From NCBI GenBank assembly GCA_038870975.1, contig JAVZJD010000001.1, positions 256,001-320,000 of the forward strand: a DNA stretch of 64,000 nucleotides. Reading direction: 5' to 3'. Source of the DNA: Candidatus Bathyarchaeia archaeon (GTDB lineage Archaea > Thermoproteota > CALKCG01 > B24). This document shows, one piece after another, positions 39,281 through 49,671 of this stretch. The translations under genes were made by a program, and so were the position numbers. The notes under the pieces are model-generated. The model was not told the DNA's origin. It worked only from the letters and a program-made list of their open reading frames with translations, and ran no database searches. Positions within the stretch are counted from its first letter, which is position 1. Every line of letters starts with the position of its first letter.

Positions 39281-41464
39281 TTACTTCCATGGAAACTCTA
39301 CCAGTTCTTTAACTGTGAATGCCCCCGTAAGCCTTATGTCTTCTGACGAAGAGCCTACCATGACTTTGAATAGACCAGGCTCTACGACGCGTCTCATCTC
39401 TTGGTTTAGAAACGACAGCATTTCCAGAGTCAGTGTGAATTCTACTGTCTTCTCCTCACCAGGCTTTAACGTGATACGTTTAAACCCCTTCAGCTCTTTA
39501 ACCGGTCTAGTCACGCTTGCAACAGCATCGTTTATGTACAGTTGTACAACCTCATCGCCTTCACGACTACCAATATTCTTCACCTTAAGCTTGATTTTGA
39601 CTATGTCTTTAGGCTCTACTTCTCTAGGTGAAATTTCTAAATCACTATATTCAAACTTCGTATAGCTTAAGCCGTGTCCGAATGGGAATAGAGGTGAATA
39701 TGGTATATCTAGATACTTCGATGTCCATCTATCTGGAGACGGGGGTCTTCCCGTGTTCTTATGGTTGTAGTATATGGGTACCTGTCCAACAGTGCGTGGA
39801 AAAGTCGCCGGGAGTTTGCCTCCGGGATTGTAGTCTCCAAAGATTACATCTGCTATGGCGTAGCCTGCTTGAATTCCAGGGAACCAAGCTTCTATTATAG
39901 CTGGTATATGTTCTGCAGACCAGGATATTGACAGAGGTCTACCGTTCATTAAGACCTCTACTACTGGAACCCCAGTCTCATATACGGCTTTTACAAGCTC
40001 CTCTTGGACTCCCGGAAGGTCGAGAAACGCTCTAGAGGCGGCTTCACCGCTCATATCTCTACTCTCACCGACGACTAAAATCGCCACCTTACACTTTCTA
40101 GCTACTTCAACAGCCTCTTTGAAGCCTTCGGTAGACTTTCCATTTATATCGCAACCTTTAGCGTATAAGACTCTAGTTTCGGGTGAAACTTTACTTTTAA
40201 CCCCCTCTAGGACTGTAACTACGTCTTTAGGATTGCCTAGGCAGGACCATGGGCCTAACGGGGCTTCTTTATCATCTGCTAGAGGACCTATGACTGCGAT
40301 GGACTCTACGTTTTTACTTAACGGTAGGAGGCCTCCATCGTTTTTCAACAGGACGATAGATTTTCTAGCTATTTCAACTGTAGCTTCAACATGCTCTCTA
40401 CACTTTACTATATATTTTGCGCGTTCAGGGTCGACATATGGACAGTCAAATAAGCCCAGTCTAAACTTGATTCTAAGTATACGTCTAACAGCTTCATTTA
40501 TCCGGTCCTCAGATATCCTTCCGTCTTTGACAAGTTGAAGGAGTGTTCTACGGTAAACATCACCTTGCATATCCATATCCACGCCGGCGTTTAAGGCTTT
40601 CTCTGCGGCTTCGAATACGTCTCCTGCTATTCCATGGTTGATAAGCTCTCCGACGGCGTTCCAATCACTCACGACAAACCCTTCAAAACCCCATTCTTCA
40701 CGTAGAATCTTCCTAAGTGTAAATGGGTTTGCTGAAGCAGGTATGCCGTTTAAATCGTTGAAAGCGCTCATTATTGTTCCAGCTCCGGCTTCAACTGTCG
40801 CTTTAAAAGGAGGAAGATACACTTCTCTAAGCGTCCGCTCAGATATGTCTACAGTGTTGTAGTCTCTCCCCCCTTCTGCACCTCCGTAGGCTACGTAGTG
40901 TTTTGGACATGCGACTAAGGTATTTAAATCCGAAAGGTCTCTCCCCTGAAATCCCTCTACTAGGGCTCTAGCCATGACCGAGCCCAAGTATGGGTCTTCA
41001 CCAGCTCCTTCAGCTATCCGTCCCCACCTTGGGTCTCTCGCGATATCAACCATAGGTGCGAAAGTCCAATGTATACCTTCAGCACGGGCTTCAGAGGCCG
41101 CTATTGATGCGGCCCTTTTAACGGTATCGGGGTCCCATGTGCTCGCTAATCCTAGGGGTATTGGAAATATCGTCTTATAGCCGTGTATAACGTCTAATCC
41201 GAATATTAACGGTATGCCAAGTCTTGTCTTCTCAACGGCTATTTTCTGTATTCTGTTGGTTTCTTCGGCTCCGAAGACGTTTAAAAGAGACCCTATTCTC
41301 CCCTCTGCGATCCACTTCTCATATTCATCTGTAAAACCGCTATACTGACATAGCTGTCCAATCTTCTCTTCAAGAGTCATCCTACTGAGGAGGTCTTCAA
41401 CCCTCTTATCAACCGGTTGATTCGGGTCTAAATAGACTGGTTTTACGGCTTCAGAGTTTCCCAA
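39281..41464 (-). CDS. GH3 beta-glucosidase (BglX-like), cytoplasmic
   Basis: RMTLEEK.GQL, RDPRWGR..EG.GEDP, KHY, VSDW nucleophile, PFGHGLSY, Fn3-like tail. Confidence 0.94.
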   Translation of the reverse strand: MGNSEAVKPVYLDPNQPVDKRVEDLLSRMTLEEKIGQLCQYSGFTDEYEKWIAEGRIGSLLNVFGAEETNRIQKIAVEKTRLGIPLIFGLDVIHGYKTIFPIPLGLASTWDPDTVKRAASIAASEARAEGIHWTFAPMVDIARDPRWGRIAEGAGEDPYLGSVMARALVEGFQGRDLSDLNTLVACPKHYVAYGGAEGGRDYNTVDISERTLREVYLPPFKATVEAGAGTIMSAFNDLNGIPASANPFTLRKILREEWGFEGFVVSDWNAVGELINHGIAGDVFEAAEKALNAGVDMDMQGDVYRRTLLQLVKDGRISEDRINEAVRRILRIKFRLGLFDCPYVDPERAKYIVKCREHVEATVEIARKSIVLLKNDGGLLPLSKNVESIAVIGPLADDKEAPLGPWSCLGNPKDVVTVLEGVKSKVSPETRVLYAKGCDINGKSTEGFKEAVEVARKCKVAILVVGESRDMSGEAASRAFLDLPGVQEELVKAVYETGVPVVEVLMNGRPLSISWSAEHIPAIIEAWFPGIQAGYAIADVIFGDYNPGGKLPATFPRTVGQVPIYYNHKNTGRPPSPDRWTSKYLDIPYSPLFPFGHGLSYTKFEYSDLEISPREVEPKDIVKIKLKVKNIGSREGDEVVQLYINDAVASVTRPVKELKGFKRITLKPGEEKTVEFTLTLEMLSFLNQEMRRVVEPGLFKVMVGSSSEDIRLTGAFTVKELVEFPWK

Positions 41465-41628
41465 CTACACATCCCCTCAGTCTACAGTTAGACTGTTTAA
41501 ATCTATAAGACTAATCGTTCAAGCATCCACCGTAGGATCAGCATGGTGAGACTTTAAAACCATATAGCTTAGAGCAGTATTGAGAAATTTAAATGCAATT
41601 TTCAATAGGGATGATTGAATTCCAGACG

Positions 41629-42141
41629 TTATACGACTAGTAGAAGCGCATAGTAAGTCGGCGTCTCATCGCGGTTGCGGAGTACATGGATGTTAAAACC
41701 AGCCTTTCTAACGGTTGAGTATACGTCTATTCCACAAGCCTCCATAGACGGCCTAGCCAACTCCGGATGACGGCAATAGTCTAAACTACACTCGTCGCAT
41801 AATGTGCATGGTCCTGCAACCATGGCAAAGGCTGAGTAGTATCCAGATAGGAAGGCTTCTCTCTCAAGTTCAGCCATGGCTCTATGGATATCTGAATCGG
41901 GTGGGAAATACACTAGAATCGCATACTTATAGTATGAGAGTATTTTCCTCGTTTGATCTGGTGTTGGAGAATATGGTGGACAAGTGAGGCACTTACCATA
42001 ACCGTCGCAACCATACTGACATTTAAGCCGAACCCAGTCTGCTACAACAACATCCTCTGCTTTAATAATCTTAGCTTCTTTAGCCCCAAGCCTTAAAACA
42101 ATATTACATAATTCTTTTAAACCGTCTTGAATACTGGACAT
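41629..42141 (-). CDS. DUF2284 Cys-rich metal-binding protein
   Basis: KCQYGC..YG...TCPP, C..C..C, C.HP..ARPSMEACGIDV. Confidence 0.88.
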   Translation of the reverse strand: MSSIQDGLKELCNIVLRLGAKEAKIIKAEDVVVADWVRLKCQYGCDGYGKCLTCPPYSPTPDQTRKILSYYKYAILVYFPPDSDIHRAMAELEREAFLSGYYSAFAMVAGPCTLCDECSLDYCRHPELARPSMEACGIDVYSTVRKAGFNIHVLRNRDETPTYYALLLVV

Positions 42142-42284
42142 TTCAACCGCTGTTAATTCAATCGGCCGTCAATTTAAGGCTTATTCCAATCTAGAACTGC
42201 CTCTAGAAACTTAAGTATCCAATCTATGATAATCTACTGCATAAAAATGGAAAGGAAGACATAGTAAATGATATAAGTCTTCGG

Positions 42285-44288
42285 GTGATAAATACCCATT
42301 TGGGTGGAAAAAAGTTGGCAAAGGAAGCTGTTGAGGAAAAGTTTCCATGGCTTCTTGTAATTTTAATACCAGCGGTTTTAGGCTTCATAGGCCCCATATG
42401 GCAGCTCCTCATAAGTAGCTTCCCCTACTGGATAGTGAACTCGCTTGGCGAATCGGTCTGCAATATAGGTCTGACGACTGCGCCATTTCTAATGTTGTTG
42501 CTGTCTGCTCCATTATACAGAGTGAAGTCTCTGAGGGACAGGTTTGGCGCTAGGACTCTGGCTTATATCTACGTAAGTTCTCTTGTAGTATCTTACTTCA
42601 TAAACTTTCCATGGGCTTTAGACCAGAGATACCTCTACTCTGTGAGGATTCAGGAACGAGAGCTTGCGGATAGAGTGGTGCCAACGTTCATGTGTCCTCC
42701 ATATGAAGTAGTCATACTCTTATCAAAGGGCGGTCCGATAGATTGGGGTGCTTGGGCAACGCCAATTACGTGGTTTTGGTTGCATAACATAACTATGGGA
42801 CTATTCATGTTATCTGTAGCGACTCTTTTCAGAAGACTTTGGATAGACATTGAGAAAGTGCCATTTCCACATGCTTTAGTAGCTTATGAGCTTGCTAGAA
42901 ATAACGTGGCCGAAAGAGGCTGGGGTAAACTATTCATTACAGGGGTAGTAATAGGCTTAGCTTTCGAAATTCCAGTAACCCTCAGAGGAATTTTTCCATG
43001 GTTCCCAGATATATATGGCGTTGGATATAGGACATGTCCTCATTTAACAAGATGGATTGGTGGAGATGAACCGCTTGGAACGATACCAGGTATAATGTCG
43101 ATGAACTACAACCCACCAGTAGTGGCTATGGCTTATATGGCTCCCTTAGCCGTTCAATTCAGCACTTGGTTCTTCGCCCTAGTGTACATAATAGCTGTTC
43201 AAATAGCCTACACAATGGGTTACTATACTGGTATAACAGGTATGGGTACGTGTGGCAGGTTCTGGTGTTCTCCATCGCCCACTACGGAACCGCCGTTAAA
43301 ATTCGGAGCTATCGCCGTAGGTGCTATTGTAGCCATGGGTATTATGCATTTAATACTCAATAGACGATATCTGGCTGAAGTCTTTAAAGCTGCATCTAAA
43401 GGCTCTGATGAGTTTAAAGAGGAAGCTATAAGCTATAGGACGTGTTTCACTATGATGGGGATAACACTCATCGCAACCATAGCATTCTGGATGTGGTCAA
43501 GCCTATCATTTATAGATGCACTTTTCATGCCCATAACAGCGTTCTGCATATGGTATCCGATGAATAGACTTTTCGGGCTTGCTGGAGCCTACTGGAGGAG
43601 CGCCGATAAAGGGCTTGTCTTCTTCAGAATCCTACATCCTACGTGCCACGACCCCATAACAACTCAAGAATACCTGATATATAGAACAGCGGTCCAATCA
43701 TGCTCAGACACGCCGACTTATCCTTGGGGTGGGGCAGCAGTTTCATCCTTTACAGCATACAAGTTTGCTAGCCTTGCAGGTTTAACCGCAAGAAATACAT
43801 TCAAAACGTTGCTAGTGGCTTTACTGGTGGCTCCACTGGCGTCACATATAGCATTCATATGGATACTACATACGATAGGTGGTGAACGCATAGGTATATG
43901 GTCAAGTTGGTTCCTAGGAATAGGTGAAAGGCTTGCACAAATGCCAGGTTGGTGGATTTCAACCCCTGCACGTGAGCCTTGGGTTGAATACGCAGTATTA
44001 GGGGCCTTCATCATGGTCATCTTAAGCTGGCTTCATGCGAGGTTTGTATGGTTTCCCCTCGAACCAATTGGCTACATACTAGGCACAACCGCGGCCTCAA
44101 CTCTCTTCGGACTATGGATACCGTTCTTCGTCGCATGGGTGCTTAAAATGCTGACCTTAAGGATTGGGGGCGCTAAGCTCTATGAAGGCTACGGCGTTCC
44201 AATTGCCTCAGGTGCAGTAACAGGATGTATGATAGGGATGATACTCGGTGGAATAATATGGATAATGAGGTTCTTCACACCCTTCTAA
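42285..44288 (+). CDS. Multi-pass membrane protein, OPT-like (DUF6785/DUF6784-type) putative transporter
   Basis: Many TM helices; RRLWIDIEKVPFP and RF.WFPL.PIG...W..K....R.GG..LY motifs. Confidence 0.7.
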   Translation: MINTHLGGKKLAKEAVEEKFPWLLVILIPAVLGFIGPIWQLLISSFPYWIVNSLGESVCNIGLTTAPFLMLLLSAPLYRVKSLRDRFGARTLAYIYVSSLVVSYFINFPWALDQRYLYSVRIQERELADRVVPTFMCPPYEVVILLSKGGPIDWGAWATPITWFWLHNITMGLFMLSVATLFRRLWIDIEKVPFPHALVAYELARNNVAERGWGKLFITGVVIGLAFEIPVTLRGIFPWFPDIYGVGYRTCPHLTRWIGGDEPLGTIPGIMSMNYNPPVVAMAYMAPLAVQFSTWFFALVYIIAVQIAYTMGYYTGITGMGTCGRFWCSPSPTTEPPLKFGAIAVGAIVAMGIMHLILNRRYLAEVFKAASKGSDEFKEEAISYRTCFTMMGITLIATIAFWMWSSLSFIDALFMPITAFCIWYPMNRLFGLAGAYWRSADKGLVFFRILHPTCHDPITTQEYLIYRTAVQSCSDTPTYPWGGAAVSSFTAYKFASLAGLTARNTFKTLLVALLVAPLASHIAFIWILHTIGGERIGIWSSWFLGIGERLAQMPGWWISTPAREPWVEYAVLGAFIMVILSWLHARFVWFPLEPIGYILGTTAASTLFGLWIPFFVAWVLKMLTLRIGGAKLYEGYGVPIASGAVTGCMIGMILGGIIWIMRFFTPF

Positions 44289-44457
44289 AAGTCCCCTTTT
44301 TATTTCTAATCTTATAATCTATTTTAAAGAAAGTATCTACTTTGATTGATGTTCAGTCTAATAATAGACCATTGCATCGAAGATCACGATAGCGTCGAGG
44401 TAGAGATTGAACTTTCACCGCTAGTGAAGACTATTTATCTAGGTTATTACTCTCTAT

Positions 44458-44748
44458 TTGAATGATATGGTTTGCGTTAGAGTGAGGTTTTATGCTAGTT
44501 TGAGGGATGAAATTGGCGCTGAAGAAGTTGTTATGTATTTAAGCGACTCGTCGTTCTACTCTCTCCTAAGTCGTCTTAAGGCGTTGTTTGATGGGAGAGC
44601 GGATAGACTGTTTTCGGAGGACGGAAAGTTGAGGGACGGTTTAATAGTCTCGGTCAACAATAGTATTGTTCACTTGTCGAATGTTCGAGAGCTTAAGCTC
44701 TGTGAAAACGACATAGTTGACTTCATGCCTGTCCCCTCAGGTGGTTGA
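44458..44748 (+). CDS. moaD: MoaD/SAMP ubiquitin-like sulfur carrier
   Basis: V.VRFYASLR, VSVN, C-terminal PVPSGG; adjacent to moaE. Confidence 0.85.
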   Translation: MNDMVCVRVRFYASLRDEIGAEEVVMYLSDSSFYSLLSRLKALFDGRADRLFSEDGKLRDGLIVSVNNSIVHLSNVRELKLCENDIVDFMPVPSGG

Positions 44749-45157
44749 ATTGAAGGTTAAAGTAGGCCGGGAGTTGGATCCGCTTCCATCTCTTATAGAG
44801 CATTTAAAACGGTCTTCTGATGAAGTTGGAGCTATAGCCGTATTTATAGGAGTTGTACGCGGAGTGAGCAACGGCGAGAAGGTTTTGAAGCTTAGCTATG
44901 AGGCTCATGAGGTTTTAGCATCTAGAGTCTTGGAAAGTCTAGTGGAGGATGTTAAGAAGAAGTATGGATTGTTGGATGCCGTGGCGGAGCATAGGCTTGG
45001 CGACGTCCCAGTTGGAGAAGATATAATGTACGTCTTAGTCGCGTCGAAGCATAGGGATGACGCGTATAAAGCTTTGATGGAGTTGGTTGATAGAATAAAA
45101 CGCGAAGTGCCTATTTGGAAGAAAGAGCATACTGAAAAGGGCTCTAAGTGGGTGTGA
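44741..45157 (+). CDS. moaE: Molybdopterin synthase catalytic subunit (start GTG 44741 or TTG 44750)
   Basis: GAI..F.G.VR, L.YEA, HRLG...VGE, HR, K..VPIWKKE. Confidence 0.93.
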   Translation: MVELKVKVGRELDPLPSLIEHLKRSSDEVGAIAVFIGVVRGVSNGEKVLKLSYEAHEVLASRVLESLVEDVKKKYGLLDAVAEHRLGDVPVGEDIMYVLVASKHRDDAYKALMELVDRIKREVPIWKKEHTEKGSKWV

Positions 45158-45176
45158 GAATTCCCTTCGACGCGGT

Positions 45177-47294
45177 TTAAATGCTACTTCTCCATCTTCT
45201 GAGTAGAAGGGAATTGCCTACTACCGATAAGTCTGAAACTATCATGGTTAGTGCGCAGACTTCAGGTTTTAATAGGAAGCCAAGCCACTGGTAGAAGACG
45301 CCGGCAGCCATGGGGATTAACAGGATGTTATAGAGGAATGCTAGAAACAGGTTCTGCTTTATTTTGGAGAAAGTGGCTTTTGAAAGTTCAAAAGCCCTTA
45401 TCACATCTCTTAAATCGTCTTTAACTAGAATTATTCCACCGGCTTCTTTGGCTATGTCTGTTCCAGCGCCCATAGCTATCCCTACATCCGCCGCCGCTAA
45501 CATCGGAGCATCGTTAATACCATCTCCTACGGCTCCCACTATTCTACCAGTCTTCTGAAGTTTTCTGATGACTTCTTCCTTGTCTTGAGGTAGGACTTCA
45601 GCTATTGTTTTCTCAATCCCGAGTTTTCTAGCTATAGCTTCAGCCGTTTTCCAGCTGTCCCCTGTGACCATGTAGACGTCGATCCCCCAATCCTTTAGAG
45701 TCTTAACGACTTCTTTTGAATAATCTTTCAAAGTGTCAGCTACGGCTATAGCGCCTTTAACCTCACCGTCTACTGAAACAAGCATTACTGTTTTTCCTTC
45801 TCCTTCCAATTCAATTCCAAGATTGCTTTGGACTACCCTGCGATTTCCAAGTATAACGTTTTTCCCATCTACTCTTCCTTTAAGACCCCCTCCGGGCATC
45901 ACTTCAAAACCTTGAACCTCCAAAAGCCGTATTCTACGCTTCTCAGCTTCTCTGACGATTGCGACGTCTAATGGATGGGTTGTATTCTTCGCTAAACTAG
46001 CTGCCAATTGTAAAACATCTCCAAAAACGTCTGTCACTTCAGGCTCACCTTTGGTTAAGGTTCCGGTTTTATCGAAAACAATGGTATCAATTTCCCGAAC
46101 TTTCTCTAAATACTGTCCTCCCTTGATCAGAATCCCCATTTCCGCTCCTCTGCTTATCCCAATCATAACTGCGGTCGGTGTAGCGATCCCCAAAGCACAT
46201 GGACAGGCGACGACCAAAACTGAGATGAAAACTGTCAAAGCGAACGTAAGACTTTCCCTTAGAAGGAGATACCAAACGATAAAGCTCAGAATAGCTGTTA
46301 AAACCACCAGGGGGACGAACCAATTTAAAGCTTTATCGGCGATTCTCTGAATTGGTGCTTTGGACTTCTGTGCTTCACTGACGAGACTGATTATCTGGGC
46401 TAAAGCCGTCTCTTTTCCAACCTTAGTTGCTTGAAATTTGAATAGTCCTAGTTTATTTATAGTTCCACCGAAAACTTCATCCCCTTCTTTCCTATCCAAT
46501 GGCATAGATTCTCCTGTGACCATAGAGGCGTCGACTACTCCCTTCCCCTCTACGATGACTCCATCTGTTGGGATTTTCTCACCAGGTCTTACGATTACGA
46601 TGTCCCCCTTTTGGATTTGTTCAAGCGGTACTTCCATTTCTATGCCTTCTCTTAAAACTCTAGCAGTTTTAGCTTCAAGCTTCATCAGTTTTTTAATGGC
46701 TTCGCCGACTTTTCCTTGGGATGTCTTCTCCAATAGGACGCCTAATGTAATAGTCGTTAGTACTGTTGTTGAAGCATCATAGAATACGGGGCCTGAGGTG
46801 AAGAACGTAGTTACGATAGAGTAGAAATATGCGGCTGAAGTACTAAGTGATACTAGAACATTTAAGTCAGTTGTCTTCTGCTTTAAACTGAAGTAGGCTC
46901 CTCGGTAGAATGGTAGGCCGAGTATCACCTGTACTGGTGTAGATAAGCTGAAGAGTAGAAGGTTCAAGCTTGAATTGTAGAAGAAATTGATGATAGCCCA
47001 GGTGGGAACCGTTAAAACGACTCCAAGTAAAAACCTCCACCAGCCACTTTCAACTTCATCTTCAGTCTCTACTCTATCCGACGCCTCATAGCCAGCTTCT
47101 TCAATAAATTTTTTGATCTTTTCAACGTCGACTTCAGCTGGGTTGTATTCGACAACCGCCTCTTCAAGTGTGAAACTGACGTGAGCTGAAACAACGCCCC
47201 TTACTCTTAGGAGAGCCTTCTCAATGGTTTTAGCGCAACTTTCACAATGCATTCCTTTTATTCTGAGTTTGGTTTTTTCAACCATGTCTAACAC
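45177..47294 (-). CDS. copA: Cu(I)-translocating P1B-type ATPase (likely start ATG 47285)
   Basis: GMHCESC metal-binding domain, TGES, CPC, DKTGT, HP, GDGINDAP, YN. Confidence 0.93.
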   Translation of the reverse strand: MLDMVEKTKLRIKGMHCESCAKTIEKALLRVRGVVSAHVSFTLEEAVVEYNPAEVDVEKIKKFIEEAGYEASDRVETEDEVESGWWRFLLGVVLTVPTWAIINFFYNSSLNLLLFSLSTPVQVILGLPFYRGAYFSLKQKTTDLNVLVSLSTSAAYFYSIVTTFFTSGPVFYDASTTVLTTITLGVLLEKTSQGKVGEAIKKLMKLEAKTARVLREGIEMEVPLEQIQKGDIVIVRPGEKIPTDGVIVEGKGVVDASMVTGESMPLDRKEGDEVFGGTINKLGLFKFQATKVGKETALAQIISLVSEAQKSKAPIQRIADKALNWFVPLVVLTAILSFIVWYLLLRESLTFALTVFISVLVVACPCALGIATPTAVMIGISRGAEMGILIKGGQYLEKVREIDTIVFDKTGTLTKGEPEVTDVFGDVLQLAASLAKNTTHPLDVAIVREAEKRRIRLLEVQGFEVMPGGGLKGRVDGKNVILGNRRVVQSNLGIELEGEGKTVMLVSVDGEVKGAIAVADTLKDYSKEVVKTLKDWGIDVYMVTGDSWKTAEAIARKLGIEKTIAEVLPQDKEEVIRKLQKTGRIVGAVGDGINDAPMLAAADVGIAMGAGTDIAKEAGGIILVKDDLRDVIRAFELSKATFSKIKQNLFLAFLYNILLIPMAAGVFYQWLGFLLKPEVCALTMIVSDLSVVGNSLLLRRWRSSI

Positions 47295-47322
47295 AAACCG
47301 GAGAATGACGGTATCAAACGAT

Positions 47323-47335
47323 ATAACGCTGTTAT
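47323..47335. promoter_or_regulatory. ATAAC-N3-GTTAT palindrome abutting the copA TATA box
   Basis: ATAACGCTGTTAT; minus-strand TTTAAAT immediately upstream. Confidence 0.65.
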
Positions 47336-47398
47336 TTAAAGCTTTTCAACCTAAAAATAGCCCAGTCAAAGCGAAAAACGGTGGAGTTTGGATGATTC

Positions 47399-48322
47399 TT
47401 ACTTTGAAAGCTTTAGCATTCTCTCTATTGCAGATCTAGATTTTTCAGCTATGCGGTTAGGCACTTTAACTATGGGTTTCTTCTTCTCTAAAGCCTGGTA
47501 GACTTTTTCAAGCGTGTGAAGCTTCATATTTTCACACACTGCGTTTTCAAGCGCTGGGATATACTCTCTACCTGGGATTTCTCTTCTCAAGCGGTCTACT
47601 AGACCGATTTCAGTTGCGATTATGAACCTTTTTGAAGACGTTTCAAGGCATCTTTTACACATCTGCTCTGTGCTTCCGATGAAATCTGCTATATTTTGAA
47701 CCTCTGGGTCGCACTCTGGATGTACTAGTACTTCAGCATCCGGATACTTCTTCTTAAGAGTGAGGATGTCTTCTGCCTTAAACATTTTATGTACGACACA
47801 GTAGCCGTTTTCAGGTATTGGAATTATCTCCTTGTTTGGGCAGTGTTTAGCCGTATACCAGGCTAGATTACGGTCTGGTCCGAATAATACCCTCGTAGAG
47901 TTTAGTCTATCTGCTATTTTCGACGCGTTTGAAGACGTGCATATGACGTCTGCCTCGGCTTTTGCCTCGGCTAGTGTATTGACGTACAGCATGACTTCAG
48001 CGTCTGGATACTTCTTTTTAGCTTCAACAACTATGTTTGCGGGTAGTTGTGCAGCCATAGGGCATTTAGCTTCAACATCTGGTATTACGACGATCTTATC
48101 TGGGTTTAAAATGGATGCGGTTTCAGCCATAAAATCGACACCGCAGAAGACAATATACTTGAAGTCTTCAACTTTAGTAGCCGTGAGACACAGCTGTAGA
48201 GAGTCTCCGACGAAGTCTGCAATCTCCTGAATCTCTGGACGCTGATAGTTGTGGGCTAGAATTAGAGCTTTCTCCCTCTCTTTTAGCTGAATTATCTTCT
48301 TTTGAATCTGTGTAAGTGCCAT
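47399..48322 (-). CDS. nadA: Quinolinate synthase
   Basis: ILAHNYQ, GDSL, CGV.FMAE, three Fe-S cysteines (CPMA, CVVH, CENM), HPEC. Confidence 0.97.
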   Translation of the reverse strand: MALTQIQKKIIQLKEREKALILAHNYQRPEIQEIADFVGDSLQLCLTATKVEDFKYIVFCGVDFMAETASILNPDKIVVIPDVEAKCPMAAQLPANIVVEAKKKYPDAEVMLYVNTLAEAKAEADVICTSSNASKIADRLNSTRVLFGPDRNLAWYTAKHCPNKEIIPIPENGYCVVHKMFKAEDILTLKKKYPDAEVLVHPECDPEVQNIADFIGSTEQMCKRCLETSSKRFIIATEIGLVDRLRREIPGREYIPALENAVCENMKLHTLEKVYQALEKKKPIVKVPNRIAEKSRSAIERMLKLSK

Positions 48323-48339
48323 TGTCTACCTAACCTTCC

Positions 48340-48352
48340 ATAACACCGTTAT
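48340..48352. promoter_or_regulatory. ATAAC-N3-GTTAT palindrome near predicted nadA transcription start
   Basis: ATAACACCGTTAT; minus-strand TTTATAA at 48376-48382. Confidence 0.65.
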
Positions 48353-48450
48353 TAGTCTTCATTTCTAGAAAAAGCTTATAAATGTTTCTCCAAGGACGGC
48401 TGATAATCTGTTGAACAGGTGTGACAGGTTTACGGTTATAATCCGTTCAC

Positions 48451-49560
48451 CTAATCTTCAGAATACGGTATATAGAACTGGGGTTTAGGAGGTTTAGGTC
48501 TGAAAGCTTCGCTTTTAATCTTGAAAACTTCAATCTGACGTTTTAATGTCTCCTCTTCTACTACGCTATTTACCAGTTTATGCAGCTCCTCGGGGTCTAG
48601 TTTAACTCTAGCGTTCAGTAGGAGCATTCCATAGTCCGTATAGTTGACGTCTTCAGATCCAGTTATAGTTGCACCTTGCTCTATTGATGTGATGTTGGCT
48701 TTGAATACTCCGCTTTTCGTCCTGAGATAAGCTTTTACGTGCGCAATAAACCCATTGAGGTCTGTAATGCGTCTCCCGATCCGAGATAAAACATCTCTGA
48801 CGAAATCTCTAGGGTTGAAACCGTGTTTTGTCTTTAATTCGTAAAGCCCGTCGAACCATGCGAGTTCAAGCTCAGCCTGTGTATATTTGATCATGTCTAT
48901 ATCTGGATATGGTAGCCTTTTCGACACACCCTTGAGTACAATTTCAACTATTCTGTCGACTCCGACGTTGAATTTAGCAGATGTCAATACGTATTCTGCC
49001 TCAGGCCTCAGCTTTTTCAAGAGGTTGACTGTTTCCGCTACTGTTGGGCTGTCAACCAGATCTATCTTGTTGATACATAAGACTTCCCCCTCTTTTATCT
49101 GCGATGCTATGAGGAAGGATATGGGGTCTTCAGCATTTAAGAGGTTGACTTCTTGGTGAAGCGTGAGGATTCGTGAAGCATCTACAATGACGATTAGTGG
49201 AGCAAGCTCAAGCCTGTCTGAGTAGAACTTTTTTACAGGTGCGTATAGTGTTGGCATTAGTCCAGCGCAGCTTCCAACAGGCTCTGCGAGGATTATATCT
49301 GGCTTCAGTTTTTCTAAAATTTTCTGAGTTTGGCTGATGAAGTCTTGAAAATTGCAGCAGAAGCATCCTTTAAATACTTCTGCTACTTCGAAGCCGTAGT
49401 CTCTAACCGTAGCGCTATCAACTAAGACTTCTCCTTGATCGTTTGTTACAACTGCGACTTTTTTCCCATACTCGTTTACCAGCTGTTCGCCTAGTTTGAG
49501 TAGGAGGGTCGTTTTTCCGCTTCCTAAGAAGCCTCCTACAAGTACGAGTTTAGGCTTCAT
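48451..49560 (-). CDS. CobW/HypB/UreG-family (G3E) metallochaperone GTPase
   Basis: GGFLGSGKTT, TNDQG, GCFCC, AEPVGSC, NKID. Confidence 0.88.
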   Translation of the reverse strand: MKPKLVLVGGFLGSGKTTLLLKLGEQLVNEYGKKVAVVTNDQGEVLVDSATVRDYGFEVAEVFKGCFCCNFQDFISQTQKILEKLKPDIILAEPVGSCAGLMPTLYAPVKKFYSDRLELAPLIVIVDASRILTLHQEVNLLNAEDPISFLIASQIKEGEVLCINKIDLVDSPTVAETVNLLKKLRPEAEYVLTSAKFNVGVDRIVEIVLKGVSKRLPYPDIDMIKYTQAELELAWFDGLYELKTKHGFNPRDFVRDVLSRIGRRITDLNGFIAHVKAYLRTKSGVFKANITSIEQGATITGSEDVNYTDYGMLLLNARVKLDPEELHKLVNSVVEEETLKRQIEVFKIKSEAFRPKPPKPQFYIPYSED

Positions 49561-49671
49561 AATTTTAATCGCTACTGTTAACCTTGATTATTATTTTTAA
49601 ACTTTATGTTAATTTTTTCTTTACATAGGGCAACCATTATAAAAGGCTTTGTAGAAATTTAGACAGGAGTC

